From contig OZ024754.1 of NCBI GenBank assembly GCA_964016885.1, positions 2,728,001-2,792,000 on the forward strand: a stretch of 64,000 bases of DNA, read 5' to 3'. Source of the stretch: Eledone cirrhosa. Its lineage: Eukaryota. This document shows positions 25,945 through 41,440 of this stretch, piece after piece. Position numbers and translations under genes: made by a program. Positions within the stretch are counted from its first letter, which is position 1. Each line of letters starts with the position of its first letter. The notes beneath the pieces are model-generated. The model was not told the DNA's origin, made no database searches, and saw only the letters and a list, made by a program, of their open reading frames with translations.

Positions 25945-26185
25945 GTCTAAAGTCTGTCTTAAGACAGATGGCTCATTTGGCCGAAACTTATCCCGGTTTC
26001 ATGGCGTGAACGACTGAGAGTACAAGAACTCCCCCTGGACAGGACGCCAGTCCATCGCACGGTTAAACTCCCAGGTGCACATTTTCAGCTGAGTATACTG
26101 GAGCAAAGTGAAATGAAATGTTTTGCTCAAGAACACAACATTATGACCGTAAGTCCAACACCCTTAACACTAGGCCACGTACCGC
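25944..26185 (-). mobile_element. SINE family 2, near full length
   Basis: Head, CORE-like segment and tail. Confidence 0.8.
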
Positions 26186-26190
26186 CACAG

Positions 26191-26264
<74 letters not shown>

Positions 26265-26617
26265 ATATATACATGTGTGTGTATATATATATATATATGC
26301 AGTGGTATTGAACCTCGGGATGTTTAAAGTCAAAATAATAGACATTTGCTGAATTAGTCGTATATATTGAATTTCATGCTTTAGTCTACATTTTTTATAA
26401 TGAATTAGAAGTCATTCATACCTCAAAATTTAATGATGTATATATATATATATTAAGATAAATATACACGGGTGTGTATGATTGTGTATAGAAGATTATA
26501 TTAATAAAAGGAATTCCAACTTTGTCCTGATTTACTCGTTTTATTTACAATCCTTTAAAATTTATAATGGTATTAGAGTGAAATAGTATGGTGGAATATT
26601 AAATGTTAAGTGTTAAT

Positions 26618-26656
26618 TGAACAAGTACTTTCATGCTTTCGCAATCTTCAGGTTCA
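26618..26656 (-). ncRNA. 39-nt minimal type I hammerhead motif
   Basis: UGAAC-CUGAAGA-U UGC GAAA GCA U-GAAA-GUAC-UU-GUUCA. GNRA-capped stem II and palindromic stem III AGUACU. Confidence 0.85.
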
Positions 26657-26792
26657 TATTGTGTGGTGACAGTCAAGTTTGCAATTTTCAACTGTGTGTG
26701 TATATATTAATATATACACACACATATATATATAGAGAGATAGATAGATATAAACAGCATAGCTGCATATATATATATGTATATATATATTT

Positions 26793-26846
<54 letters not shown>

Positions 26847-26975
26847 GGTATCCACAGTAAGTTGTGGGGTTTTTATATATATATATATATATTTATATAT
26901 ACAAACATACATATATATTTATACACAAACACACATGTGGGTGCGGCCGGCGGTTATATAATAAAAGTGCATAGT

Positions 26976-27019
<44 letters not shown>

Positions 27020-27153
27020 ACAGCAGCAGCAGTAGTAGTAGTAGTAGTATAAGTCGTCTATAAAAGACGACCGATTGCACGGTTGAATACTGCGATGTAT
27101 AAGTGATTAGTGACAGAACACACCTATATGGTTGATAATTAGAAACGGTGATT

Positions 27154-27224
<71 letters not shown>

Positions 27225-27893
27225 TAAAGAGAGAAAGCGCTGGTGCGTATTTCTCTGTGTAGTGGAGAAATAGAGAGACGGTATAAGTCGTGCCGGGTTT
27301 ACTATTCTGCTTAGGTTGGCTTAAGCACAAAGCCCCGTTTACCAGACGAGGGCTCATCTTCCTGCCAAAAAACAAATGCTTTATCTCTTTCAGGGCCCAA
27401 GTAAGGGGCCTCATAACTTAACTAGCACAGGGCCTCATTTGTTCTAAGTATGGCACTGTGGTTTAGCGTACCTTTATACTGAACATTTAGAGTCGACGAA
27501 TCAACGAAGGAGACTTAGGAAACAGCGATCAAATTCCCCTCAAATCGTCCACTAACATATTCAAAATAGAAGGCCAATACGTTAGATTCATTTATAGATC
27601 CTCCATCGTTTTCGACGACGAGCATACATACATACATACAATTGTGTATACGTGTATGGCGTTACCAAATATGGAACAATGTATACATATAACCCCTTAA
27701 ACTCCCCACTCTATTAACTAAGAAAGTTATATATTCAGATAAAAGAACACATATACATACCAATACATGGAAAGCATGTATTTGTATATATCTCGACAGT
27801 CGATCGACTTTCGTCAAATCGGACCGAGGAAACAATGTTTCCATCGGTCTTTCCAATTGCTAATACTATCTATCGGTCGCAACTCCAGGTAGA

Positions 27894-28011
27894 AGGAGCA
27901 ACGTGAAATAAAGTATCTTGCTCAAGGACATAACGCATCGCCCGGTCCGGGAATCGAACTCACAACCTCACAATTGCGAATCCAATTCTCTAATCACTCA
28001 GCCACGCGCCT
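27894..28011 (-). mobile_element. SINE family 2, head and core
   Basis: TGGCTGAGTGATTAG and GAGTTCGATTCC boxes. Confidence 0.8.
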
Positions 28012-28212
28012 TTATATGTATGTACGTACGCATATCTATGTTACTCTATATGTGTGTGTATGTATGCATATGTATGTGTGTATGTATGTGTGTGTGTGTA
28101 TATGCATATGTATGTGTGTGTGTATGTATGTGTGTGTGTATGCATATGTATGTGTGTGTGTGTATGTATGTGTGTGTATGCATATGTATGCGTGTATGTA
28201 TGTGTGTGTATG

Positions 28213-28306
<94 letters not shown>

Positions 28307-28901
28307 GAAAGGTAAATAATGAGAGGGTTTCTATGAAGAACACCCGAACGAATAAACGCATATGTATGAGTGTGAGTGTGTGTGTGTATGCCTGTGTGTG
28401 TGTATGTGTATTATATTATGTAAGCATGTGTCATATGTATACATGCATGCTAAGTATGTATGCATATATTTATATATATATGTGTATATATATATGTAGA
28501 TATGAATATACGAGTAAAACACACACATGTAATTACTCAGTTAAAAAATATATACACCACACACAGCGATTTCTACAAAGTCACACAACTAAATTATGTG
28601 GTCGATGTATGATGTTACATATATATATATATATATATGCATATGTGCGTGTGTATATATATATATATGAATATGTGCGTGTATATATATATATATATAT
28701 GTATATGAGACGTGTCATTCTGAATTGGTTATTTACACTTAAGTTTTTTCAAATTTCTTGAATGATAAAGGAATGAATGGGGAAAAAAACTCATTTTCCT
28801 CGTTTATTTTTTAGGCGTGTTTGCGTGTATATTCCATCTATTTACATACACATTCATTCATATACACATATATATAGATATATAGATATATAAATATATA
28901 T

Positions 28902-29023
<122 letters not shown>

Positions 29024-29105
29024 ATATATAAATATATATATATATATGTTTTATATATATTGTCAGTTATGCATGTATACATGAATGTGTATCTGCGTGT
29101 ATGTC

Positions 29106-29154
<49 letters not shown>

Positions 29155-29501
29155 GTGGGTTTATATATATATATATATATCTGTGGGTGTATATGTGAGT
29201 ATGCGTGCGTGTGTTTGTTTTCTGTGTTCAGTGAATACTCGCTAATTAGATTTGTCACAACAATATACGTTAGTAAATGAACATTTACATAGAAATCAAG
29301 ATGGATTCCTTCCTATACTTAAACTCTTCTCACAGTCTTCTTACACTTTCACACATTTACAACGTTTTTTTCTTACCGCCTTAGATTTGTTTCACTGTAT
29401 TTTAGTTTTACTATAGAATATTATTCAATAATACAGGAGGATAGCTTAGCTTACAGAGAGGAAATTCATGTGCATGGTTTCTTCAAATTTTCTTTCTTCC
29501 T

Positions 29502-29541
<40 letters not shown>

Positions 29542-29637
29542 GGGTATATGCGTGTATAACTAATAGATTGATAAAGAGATAGATAAACACTCACAAATAT
29601 ACACATTTATCTTTATCTATGTGTGTGTGTATATATG

Positions 29638-29680
<43 letters not shown>

Positions 29681-30319
29681 GCACAAAATTATACGTGTGC
29701 AAACATGGTTGTGTGATTTTAAAACATTGATTTGGAAAGATGTAATACCAAGTTCGATACTCTTGATTGATTAAGTAAGGCTCCAAGTGAAAATTTCTAT
29801 ATTTTCGATTTCTTGGAAAGTACTTGGTTGCATAGACGGAAACCAATAACATATTATTGAAATTTCACAGACGGAAACTGTGCAGAAGCCCAATGTTTAA
29901 ATACGTATGTGTACGTACTTCTACGTCTAAGACTGGAGTCATTCGCAGTCGTGTATGATATCGTTGTATGTACCATGGTTTTGATAAAGGTTTCGGTGTC
30001 TCCATGGATATCTAGGCCTTTATCGAAAATATGGCCGTAAGCAGACACGGGACCTTTTCATTACTCACTTATTTGATCCAGTGAAACATCCATGATATGC
30101 GAGATGGAGGGGAAAAGAGAGAGAGAGTACGAGCGAAATATATTTAAAATAAATTAGAATAAATTATATATATTGAAACAGGACACAAATTACATTCTTG
30201 GAAGATAGTTGTATTCATATGAAAAAGATCTTAGCTGACATCATCCAGAATTTAATAAGAGAAATTCGAACGAAACTTGATTACATAGACTTGTAATGAA
30301 GCCATATGTAACTATTTCT

Positions 30320-30520
30320 TCGTCGTCCACTTCTTCCTGAGAGGATCTTGAGGGCACAGCCCTAAAACACTCCTTCCAGTGGGTCATTTCAGAAAAAAAC
30401 CATCTCAATCTGATTCTGCTAGGTCCCCAAGCTGGACCAGTTAAGCTCATGGATGATATCTAAACATCTTGCTTGGGGTCTCTTGCCCAATCATGATTAC
30501 CATCCCAGTGAAACCAGTCT
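30320..30520 (-). mobile_element. Degenerate RTE LINE 3' end
   Basis: GKRPQARCLDIIHELNWSSLG...HWKECFRAVPSRSSQE resembles the RTE C-terminus GRPR.RWLD.I..L.W..LGI; contains stops and a frameshift. Confidence 0.6.
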
Positions 30521-30949
30521 GACCCAAGAAAATGAACAGAAGGAACAGATTCGAGGAGGAAGGGTGGGGGACAAGGAGAGAAAAGGGGGATAAGGGGAGA
30601 AATAGAGGAGGGTAGATAGAGGATGGAGCAGGAGGAGGAGGAAGAGGAGTATGAGGGCTGGGGAAGAAAAAGAAGAAGAAGAAGAAGAAGAAGAAGAAGA
30701 AGAAGAAGAAGAAGAAGAAGAAGAAGAAGAAGATGACGGCTAAACCAAGACATCAACAAAATGATCCGTGTAAATTCTCTCTGGTGGTGGTGGTGGTGGT
30801 GTGGTGTGGTGGTGGTGGTTGTAAAAAATACAGTTGTTTTGTATTGTTTGAGTTTTATACTTACACACAGACACGCATGCATATATATACATATATATAT
30901 ATACATATGTATATATATATATATACACGTATGTATATATATGTATATG

Positions 30950-30990
<41 letters not shown>

Positions 30991-31055
30991 CACACAGAGA
31001 CACGCACTCACACACATGCCTATTTAGATATCCAACTATCTAATCTCTCTCTCTC

Positions 31056-31126
<71 letters not shown>

Positions 31127-31287
31127 GCCATTGAACTTTTATATATCTTTCAAATTCGGAGAGATCAATGATGCGTATAATCAGAGCAGAATACAAAGGT
31201 AGGAGTGAACAAAGATTATAACCCCCCCCCCCCCCTCTATCTATCTCTCCCCCTCTCTCTCTCTCCCTCTCTCTCTATATATATACA

Positions 31288-31392
<105 letters not shown>

Positions 31393-31445
31393 GTATATAT
31401 ATATACATTTATATGTGTATATATATATACATACATTTATATATG

Positions 31446-31505
<60 letters not shown>

Positions 31506-31506
31506 C

Positions 31507-31545
<39 letters not shown>

Positions 31546-31549
31546 CATT

Positions 31550-31585
<36 letters not shown>

Positions 31586-31604
31586 CAGAGATAGATAGAT
31601 AGAC

Positions 31605-31639
<35 letters not shown>

Positions 31640-31640
<1 letters not shown>

Positions 31641-31759
31641 TTCTTTATTAGCCACAAGGGCGCAACAAGAAAGGGGACAATACAAAGACATGCCGGGGAT
31701 TTTACATACAGTCGTGTAAAAAATATAAAAACAAACAATTTCAACAATCGAAATCCCCA
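31640..31759 (-). mobile_element. LINE 3' UTR tail in an (ATAG)n tract
   Basis: TTTGTATTGTCCCC...CCCTTGTGGCTAATAAAGAAA; other copies at 40920, 54284 and 20445. Confidence 0.7.
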
Positions 31760-32229
31760 ATAGATAGATAGATAGATAGATAGATTTATTTATATATATA
31801 ACACGCGGTCTCTCCTTTTGTCTATCTATCGCTTTACTCTCTCTATTCTCACTCCCACTTCTCTATATCTGTCTTTCCCAATATTAGGTATATTAATATG
31901 GCGCTTGATGTAGTAATTTGAACTGAATTACTTCTGTGTTATACGTATGTCCACGGTTGTTTGTGTACTTATAGAGATATGCATGTAATAGAGTTTGTTT
32001 GTCCATCAATTTCATTAAATTCTCTAATAGCAGCCGAATGTTTTCGGACGTAGAATCAAATGAATGTTTTCTTTAAGTTAACCCTTTCGTTGCCAACCCC
32101 GAACAAAACAACTTTGGTTTTATGAAGAAAAACAAAACATTTTAGGGGCTATTTATATAAAGATCTTCCAATATATTTTCAGATAAGAACCATATATTGT
32201 TACTATCTTAGTAATGTAATAAATAATTA

Positions 32230-32510
32230 TTTCTAGTATAGGCACAAGGCCAGTAATTTGGAGGAGGGGAAAATCGATTAAATCGACCCCAGTATACTAC
32301 TGGTACTTTATTTTATCGACTCCGTAAGGATGAAAGGCAAAGCTAACCTCGGCGAGATTTGAACGCAGAATGTAAAGGGCCGTAACTCTATGCCACGAAG
32401 CATGATTTCCGATGCTCTACCGACTCTGCCAATCCAGTAATGAAATAAATAATGGTTCCTGATTTAGGCACAAGGCCAGCAATTTGGGGGGGCAGGGGAT
32501 TAAATCGACT
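32230..32510 (-). mobile_element. SINE family 1 full copy (32230-32436) plus 3' fragment (32455-32510)
   Basis: Homologous to 5474-5656. Confidence 0.85.
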
Positions 32511-32956
32511 TAGGTCTACATATGACAGGGAATCTTTCAATTGACTTATGTAACGTTTGAGGAAGTCTTCCACACATCCCTGAGTCCAGACACTACGAGA
32601 CTTGATCGGATATTTCCAAAAAGCGAATGAAACCCCATGGGGTAGAGACATAATTTTGGTATGCTTATATACATTTTTTCTTCTAACTTTGATTTTGTAC
32701 CTAATTGTGTATGGTTGGCTATATATCTAATCGATTTCGACGGGCTATTAGAAATACTGGGTAAATATTCTGTGGCTGTTGATCGCGGATAAAATAGGTA
32801 TCGTTTATTTATCTATTGTTTCTTCATGGGTGCTTATTAATCTTATAGCCTTATTTAATTGATATTTTTGTGTGGTTAATTATAATTGGGAGAGGAAATA
32901 CTGTATATATTTTATCAAATGATTCTATGGACGTACTTTCTTGTATATATATATAT

Positions 32957-33150
32957 ATAGTAATAATAATAAATTTGAAGACTAAAATCCAAAGAGGGCT
33001 CGATAAGGATAAATATATATCAAATATATAAGAACCGTAGAGCAAATATTTATTAAAATAACAGATTAAAGTTTAAGAGTTTAAGCAAAGAATCGCTGCT
33101 TTCCCCCTTAACGCGATTGTTTGCTTAAACTTTAATCTGTTATTTTAATT
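32957..33150. mobile_element. Hammerhead cassette family D with terminal inversion
   Basis: Matches 1274-1410; hairpin 33055-33148 includes stem II/III remnants. Confidence 0.75.
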
Positions 33151-33195
33151 AATATATATACATATATATATATATACTCATACATATATATATAT

Positions 33196-33264
<69 letters not shown>

Positions 33265-33287
33265 TGAGTATATATATATATGTATGA

Positions 33288-33412
<125 letters not shown>

Positions 33413-33413
33413 A

Positions 33414-33540
<127 letters not shown>

Positions 33541-33589
33541 CATATATATATATAAGCATATATATATATATATATATATATGCTCATAC

Positions 33590-33620
<31 letters not shown>

Positions 33621-33653
33621 CTCATACATATATATATACTCATACATACATAT

Positions 33654-33694
<41 letters not shown>

Positions 33695-33738
33695 CATATA
33701 TATATACATACATACATATATATATACATATTACATAC

Positions 33739-33781
<43 letters not shown>

Positions 33782-33795
33782 TATATACATATTAC

Positions 33796-33858
<63 letters not shown>

Positions 33859-34059
33859 CATACATAGAGATAATAGTTAATTTACTTTTAAGTCTAAGAC
33901 TTTACTAATAAATAATTAACGCCGTATCTTCTACGAAAGCAAAGGTAACTCCATCGACTACAGCTTTGCTCCTTCGCCATTCATATAAAACATGAATTTC
34001 CTGTTTAAGAAGTCTTCCCACAGGTGGCCTTTAAAATATGTTGAAAATCCGGCTCGACA

Positions 34060-34640
34060 GCTGCATGTGTGTATGTGTGTATATGTTCGTGGGTAAGTAT
34101 GTGTGGTTGTGTGTGTTTGTATGTATGTGTATAATGAGTGTATGTTGTGTGTATTGTGTGTGTGTGTATAGTGTGTATGTTGTGTGTGTATTGTGTGTGA
34201 GTGTATGTGTGGTGTGTGTGTCTGTGTGTTGTGTGTGTATGTATGTATATGTTCGTGGGTAAGTATATGTGTTTGTGTGTGTTTGTATGTATGTGTATAA
34301 TGAGTGTATGTTGTGTGCATTGTGTGTGTGTCTGTGTTGTGTGTGTATGTATGTATATGTTCGTGGGTAAGTATGTGTGATTGTGTGTGTTTGTATATAT
34401 GTGTATAATGAGTGTATGTTGTGTGTATTGTGTGCGTGTGTATAGTGTGTATGTTGTGTGTGTATTGTGTGTGTGTGTCTGTGTGTTGTGTGTGTATGTA
34501 TGTATATGTTCGTGGGTAAGTATATGTGATTGTGTGTGTTTGTATGTATGTGTATAATGAGTGTATGTTGTGTGTATTGTGTGTGTGTGTATAGTGTGTA
34601 TGTATTGTGTGTATTGTGCGTGTGTGTCTGTGTGTTGTGT
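34060..34640. repeat. GT-rich complex tandem repeat, 4 units of about 110-165 bp
   Basis: TATGTTCGTGGGTAAGTAT and GTATAATGAGTGTATGTTG each recur four times. Confidence 0.8.
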
Positions 34641-35504
34641 GTGTATGTATATGTTTGTGTTACTGAGTGTGTGTGCATCTGTTCATATGTAAGTATATGT
34701 GTTTCTATCTGTTTTGTATGTATGTGTATATTGTGTATGTATGTGTATGTGTGTGTTTGTATGTGTATGTATGTGTGTGTATGTGTGTGTATGTGTGTGT
34801 ATGTGTGTGTATGTGTGTGTGTGTATGTATGTGTGTATGTGTGTTTATGTGTATGTGTGTATGGGTATGTGTGTATGTGTATGCGTGTATGTGTATGTAT
34901 GTGTGTGTATGTGTGTGTATATGTATATGTGTGTGTGCATGTGTGCATGTGTGTGTATGTGGGTGGGTGTGTGTGTATGTGTGTGTGTGTATGTGTATAT
35001 GTGTGTGTACAGCTGTGTGTTTATTTTCATTTTATCCATCTAATTACTATGCATGATATTTACCTACCGTGCGCAGTCGGGAACACGTGTGTGTTGGTGT
35101 GTTGTTTTGTGTGTATAAGCACGCACACACACACACACACATATATATATGTATATGTATATATATATATTTCTGTGAGTGTATGTGTGTTTGCCCGTGC
35201 ATGTGTGTCCGTGAGTATGCATGTGAGTGTGTGTGTCCACGTGTGTCCGTCTGAGTGTGTATGTATCTGTCGGCGTGTGTATTTGTGTTTGTGTATGTAT
35301 GTGTGTCCGTGTGGGGGTGTGTATGTGTTTGTGTATGGATCTGTCGGTGTGCGCGTGTCCGTGTCCGCGTGGGTGTGTATTTGTGTATGTGCTTGTGTCC
35401 GTGTGTGTATGTATGTGTCGGTTTGTGTATCCATGTGTGAGTGTATATATATGTGTGTGTGTATGTATATTTGTGTATCCGTATGTGTGTGTATGCGTCT
35501 TCGC

Positions 35505-35545
<41 letters not shown>

Positions 35546-35935
35546 CATGTATATATATATATGTGTGTGTGTGTGTCTGACAGTGGACCGGTGTAAGCGC
35601 TCTAATGTCGAAAAACGAGCCTCGTTCTCAGGATAAAAAGAAACCATATTTTCGAATCACTGCTTCGCTATTGACCCTAACAAATATGGCGGCTGTTTAG
35701 TGTCTGTGTTACAGCCGCCATATTAGCGGAGAATACCTCCACTCAGCTGCCATGTTCACATACACATAGATAGATAGGTGGATAGATAGATATATAGAGA
35801 GAGAGAGATAGATAGATAGATAGGGGGGTAGATAGATAGATATAGAGAGATAGATAGATAGATAGATATATAGATAGATAGATAGAGAGAGTGAGATAGA
35901 TAGAGAGAGATAAACAGAGAGAAAGAGAGATAAAT

Positions 35936-35995
<60 letters not shown>

Positions 35996-36150
35996 AGAGA
36001 TACATTATATTACTGACCTATTCCTAACCAGCCCTCTACCCTCTCTTTCTCTCTACTACACACCACCTTCTTCCCTCACTCCCTCTCTCTTGCAATCTCT
36101 CTCTCTCTACCACTCTCTTTCTTTCCCTCACTTTTTTTCTCTTTTTCATT

Positions 36151-37900
36151 CATTCGCTATATTTCATTCGCTATATTTCATTCGCTATATTTCATTCGCT
36201 ATATTTCATTCGCTATATTTCATTCGCTATATTTCATTCGCTATATTTCATTCGCTATATTTCATTCGCTATATTTCATTCGCTATATTTCATTCGATAT
36301 ATTTCATTCGCTATATTTCATTCGCTATATTTCATTCGCTATATTTCATTCGCTATATTTCATTCGCTATATTTCATTCGCTATATTTCATTCGCTATAT
36401 TTCATTCGCTATATTTCATTCGCTATATTTCATTCGATATATTTCTTTCGATATATTTCATTCGCTATATTTCATTCGATATATTTCATTCGCTATATTT
36501 CATTCGCTATATTTCATTCGCTATATTTCATTCGCTATATTTCATTCGCTATATTTCATTCGCTATATTTCATTCGATATATTTCATTCGCTATATTTCA
36601 TTCGCTATATTTCATTCGATATATTTCTTTCGATATATTTCATTCGCTATATTTCATTCGATATATTTCATTCGCTATATTTCATTCGCTATATTTCATT
36701 CGCTATATTTCATTCGCTATATTTCATTCGCTATATTTCATTCGCTATATTTCATTCGATATATTTCATTCGCTATATTTCATTCGCTATATTTCATTCG
36801 ATATATTTCATTCGCTATATTTCATTCGATATATTTCTTTCGATATATTTCATTCGCTATATTTCATTCGATATATTTCATTCGCTATATTTCATTCGAT
36901 ATATTTCATTCGCTATATTTCATTCGATATATTTCTTTCGATATATTTCATTCGCTATATTTCATTCGATATATTTCATTCGCTATATTTCATTCGATAT
37001 ATTTCATTCGCTATATTTCATTCGCTATATTTCATTCGATATATTTCATTCGCTATATTTCATTCGATATATTTCTTTCGATATATTTCATTCGCTATAT
37101 TTCATTCGATATATTTCATTCGCTATATTTCATTCGATATATTTCATTCGCTATATTTCATTCGCTATATTTCTTTCGATATATTTCATTCGCTATATTT
37201 CATTCGATATATTTCATTCGCTATATTTCATTCGATATATTTCATTCGCTATATTTCATTCGATATATTTCTTTCGATATATTTCATTCGCTATATTTCA
37301 TTCGATATATTTCATTCGCTATATTTCATTCGATATATTTCATTCGCTATATTTCATTCGCTATATTTCATTCGATATATTTCTTTCGATATATTTCATT
37401 CGCTATATTTCATTCGATATATTTCATTCGCTATATTTCATTCGCTATATTTCATTCGATATATTTCATTCGCTATATTTCATTCGATATATTTCTTTCG
37501 ATATATTTCATTCGCTATATTTCATTCGATATATTTCATTCGCTATATTTCATTCGATATATTTCATTCGCTATATTTCATTCGCTATATTTCTTTCGAT
37601 ATATTTCATTCGCTATATTTCATTCGATATATTTCATTCGCTATATTTCATTCGATATATTTCATTCGCTATATTTCATTCGATATATTTCTTTCGATAT
37701 ATTTCATTCGCTATATTTCATTCGATATATTTCATTCGCTATATTTCATTCGATATATTTCATTCGCTATATTTCATTCGCTATATTTCATTCGATATAT
37801 TTCTTTCGATATATTTCATTCGCTATATTTCATTCGATATATTTCATTCGCTATATTTCATTCGCTATATTTCATTCGATATATTTCATTCATTCGCTAT
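36151..37900. repeat. 14-bp minisatellite (CATTCGCTATATTT), about 125 copies
   Basis: Direct periodicity with GCT/GAT and CATT/CTTT variants; includes a 420-bp higher-order duplication. Confidence 0.95.
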
Positions 37901-37944
37901 CGTTTTGATACAAAATTAAAGTTAACTGTTAAAACATCGAGTAA

Positions 37945-38670
37945 AACTACAACTACTACGACCACCACCACCACTACGACCACCACAAACACTACTACCA
38001 CTAGTACCACTACCACTACCACCACTACCACCACTACAACCATTAACACCAATATCACTACCAACAACACCACCACTACTACCACCAGACACCACAGATC
38101 ACACACCACTACCACCAACAACAGTACCACCAACACCACTACCACCAACACCACTACCACCAACAACAGTACCACCAACACCACTACCACCAACACCACT
38201 ACCACCAACAACAGTACCACCAACACCACTACCACCAACACCACTACCACCAACAACAGTACCACCAACACCACTACCACCAACACCACTACCACCAACA
38301 ACAGTACCACCAACACCACTACCACCACTACCACCAACACCATTACCAACACCACTACCACCAACACCACTACCACTACTACTACCAACACCACTACCAC
38401 CAATACCACTACCACTACCACCAACACCACTACCACCAACACCACTGCCACTACCAACACCACTACCACCAATACCACTACTACCACCAATACCACTACC
38501 ACTACCACCAACACCAATAGCACCAACACCACTACCACTACCAACACCACTACCACCAATACCACCACTACCACCAACACCACTACCACCAACACCAATA
38601 GCACCAACACCACTACCACTACCAACACCACTACCACCAATACCACCACTACCACCAACACCACTACCTC
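37945..38670. repeat. Degenerate (ACC/ACT/AAC)n array
   Basis: Visible directly. Confidence 0.9.
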
Positions 38671-39190
38671 CACCATGCTAGATACCAACCACACTAAACC
38701 ACACCAAACCATTACCAAACCATAAGAGGCAGGTGAGGAGTTAAAGGTCAGAGTTGAAATCTTGTCGGTGTTTCCAAACTTTCCAATAGAAGACAGCTAA
38801 CCCTGTTGCATCCTAAATTCCATTTCATTATATTTCTTCACTGATATTTTATTCACTAAACTCCAAACTTCTCCTCTCCACTGCCTCAAACCAATGTCAC
38901 TACTCAACACCTCCTCCCACCGCCACTCCCAGCTACTCCTTCCTCCCACCCCTCTCGTCTTCCTTCCACCGCCACGCCCTCCTACACCTTCCCCACCGCC
39001 ACTCCCAGCTACTCCTCCCACCCTCTCTTTAAATCTATCTCCGCTGCAGCTGTTATTGCTGTTGTTTTTTACTGGGATTATTTGGTGAAGTACATTTTGG
39101 TTTCCTCTTGTCTTGTTCATCGGTGTTTTTTTAGTTGTTGTTTTGTCTTTTGTTTTTATTTTTGTGTATCTATGGAGTGTTAGGGTGTTT

Positions 39191-39288
<98 letters not shown>

Positions 39289-39786
39289 ATATATATATAG
39301 ATAGATAGATAGATATATGTGTGTGTGTGTGTGTATATTTATATATGTGTGTGTGTAACATTTGTTTCGTTATTCCTCTCTCTCTCTCTCTCTCTCTATC
39401 TCTCTTCCTCTCTCTCTCTCTATTTAATAGTCGTCGTCTCTTTCCTATCCACAACCTCATCAAACACCATTGAATATTCATATATACACCTGTTTCCGCC
39501 ATCTTTCTATAAAGGGACACAATCCACATCCGCATTTTGGCTTCGTTTCCTATATTTTTTGACACAAAGTTTTGTGGCTTTTTTTCGATTGTCCTTTATA
39601 AATGTTATTTTCTATTTCTGTTTTGTTTCGTGAGTGTATTTAGTATTCCTCTGTAATAGGCATCACTACTATTTAACTAAGCTGTTCTCTGTTATCTTTG
39701 AATAGGCGCGAAACCCTATATTTCCACGTGAAGTACAGCAGACCAGAGAAAAGACGTGTCTTCACTGATTTTTATTTTCTTATATA

Positions 39787-39882
<96 letters not shown>

Positions 39883-39900
39883 TATACATACATACATACA

Positions 39901-39946
<46 letters not shown>

Positions 39947-40053
39947 ATAAAACACACTAACACTCCATAGATACACAAAAATAAAAACAAAAGACAAAAC
40001 AACAACTTATGAAATACTGTTGGCTTCACGCTCACAATAATTTCTATACTTTC

Positions 40054-40127
<74 letters not shown>

Positions 40128-40190
40128 TGTATATATATATATATATATATATTGTATATATATATATATATTGTATATATATATATATTG

Positions 40191-40229
<39 letters not shown>

Positions 40230-40252
40230 ATATTGTATATATATATATATTG

Positions 40253-40316
<64 letters not shown>

Positions 40317-40337
40317 ATATATATATTGTATATATAT

Positions 40338-40421
<84 letters not shown>

Positions 40422-40434
40422 TGTATATATATTT

Positions 40435-40465
<31 letters not shown>

Positions 40466-40511
40466 TGTATATATATATATATATTTATTGTATATATATA
40501 TATATTTATAT

Positions 40512-40878
40512 ATTCAAGGTAGCCGTTCACCTTGACCCTTGAGCAGATGTTGCTGCTGTGCATTGCAGCAATCCAGCCCCTGAACACGGGTCCGAAGCCT
40601 GCCGCCTCGAGCACCGCATCCAGGTAACGATGGTCAACCCTATCGAAAGCCTTACACCCTACCCTCTCTATAATGTATCGCATGAGGTCGAGGTTGTCGT
40701 GTATGGACCTGGTCGGGATTGCGTATTTCTGCGCATCTCCTACCAGGTTTTTGACGACAAGCGCCAGCCTCTTTGCCAACACCTTGGCCTAAATCTGTAA
40801 CTCTGTGTTGAGCAAAGTTATGGACCGGAAGTTGCCTATGTCTTCCCCCTTGTTCTCGTCCTTGTTCTCGGGCCCAGA
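40512..40878 (-). pseudogene. L1/Tx1-clade reverse transcriptase fragment
   Basis: NFRSITLLNTELQI*AKVLAKRL...Q.YAIP.RSIHDNL...KAFDRVDHRYL..VLEAAGFG..F..WI...VKVNG; in-frame stop and internal deletion. Confidence 0.85.
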
Positions 40879-40919
40879 TATATAGATAGATATAGATAGA
40901 TATAGATAGATATAGATAT

Positions 40920-41002
40920 ATTTCTTCATTAGCCACAAGGGCGCACAAGAAAAGGGGACAATACAAAGACATGCCGGAGATTTTACATACAGTCGTGTAA
41001 AA
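40920..41002 (-). mobile_element. LINE 3' UTR tail in an (ATAG)n tract
   Basis: Same family as 31640-31759. Confidence 0.7.
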
Positions 41003-41387
41003 TAGATAGATATAGATAGACAGATAGATAGATAGATATGTTTCTTTTATTTGTAGATAGATAGATAGATAGATAGATATTGTCATTCCGTTTACAAATT
41101 TATTGTTGCGCTCAGTCGAAACAATATGGCAACTTTTTCTCTCCTTTTCTCTCTCTCGGCTTCTTTCCCCCTCAATCATGTAATAGGTGAGTTGGGGCAT
41201 TCTTACTTAAATAGTCATAATGTTAGATCAAATAACGAGAAGAAAATTACATACTTTCTCATATCTCCTACATAACTAGTTAGCGTTTGTTTGTTTCTTT
41301 AGTTTTCATACATATATATTTTTTTGAAGGTTGATTTTGTTCCCTTGCAGATTTTGTTGGTGTAGGTTGTTTATTTTAGCGGTTCGT

Positions 41388-41440
<53 letters not shown>

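Noticed and set aside
27780-27820. UUGACGA..GAGA motif on the minus strand
   Set aside because: Several core mismatches.
32079-32230. TTAA-CCCTTTCGTT piggyBac-like end
   Set aside because: No matching second terminus found.
36151-37900. CRISPR-like periodicity
   Set aside because: No spacers, no cas genes, eukaryotic context.
36090-37919. 609-aa ORF
   Set aside because: Product of a stop-free 14-bp tandem repeat cycling through frames.
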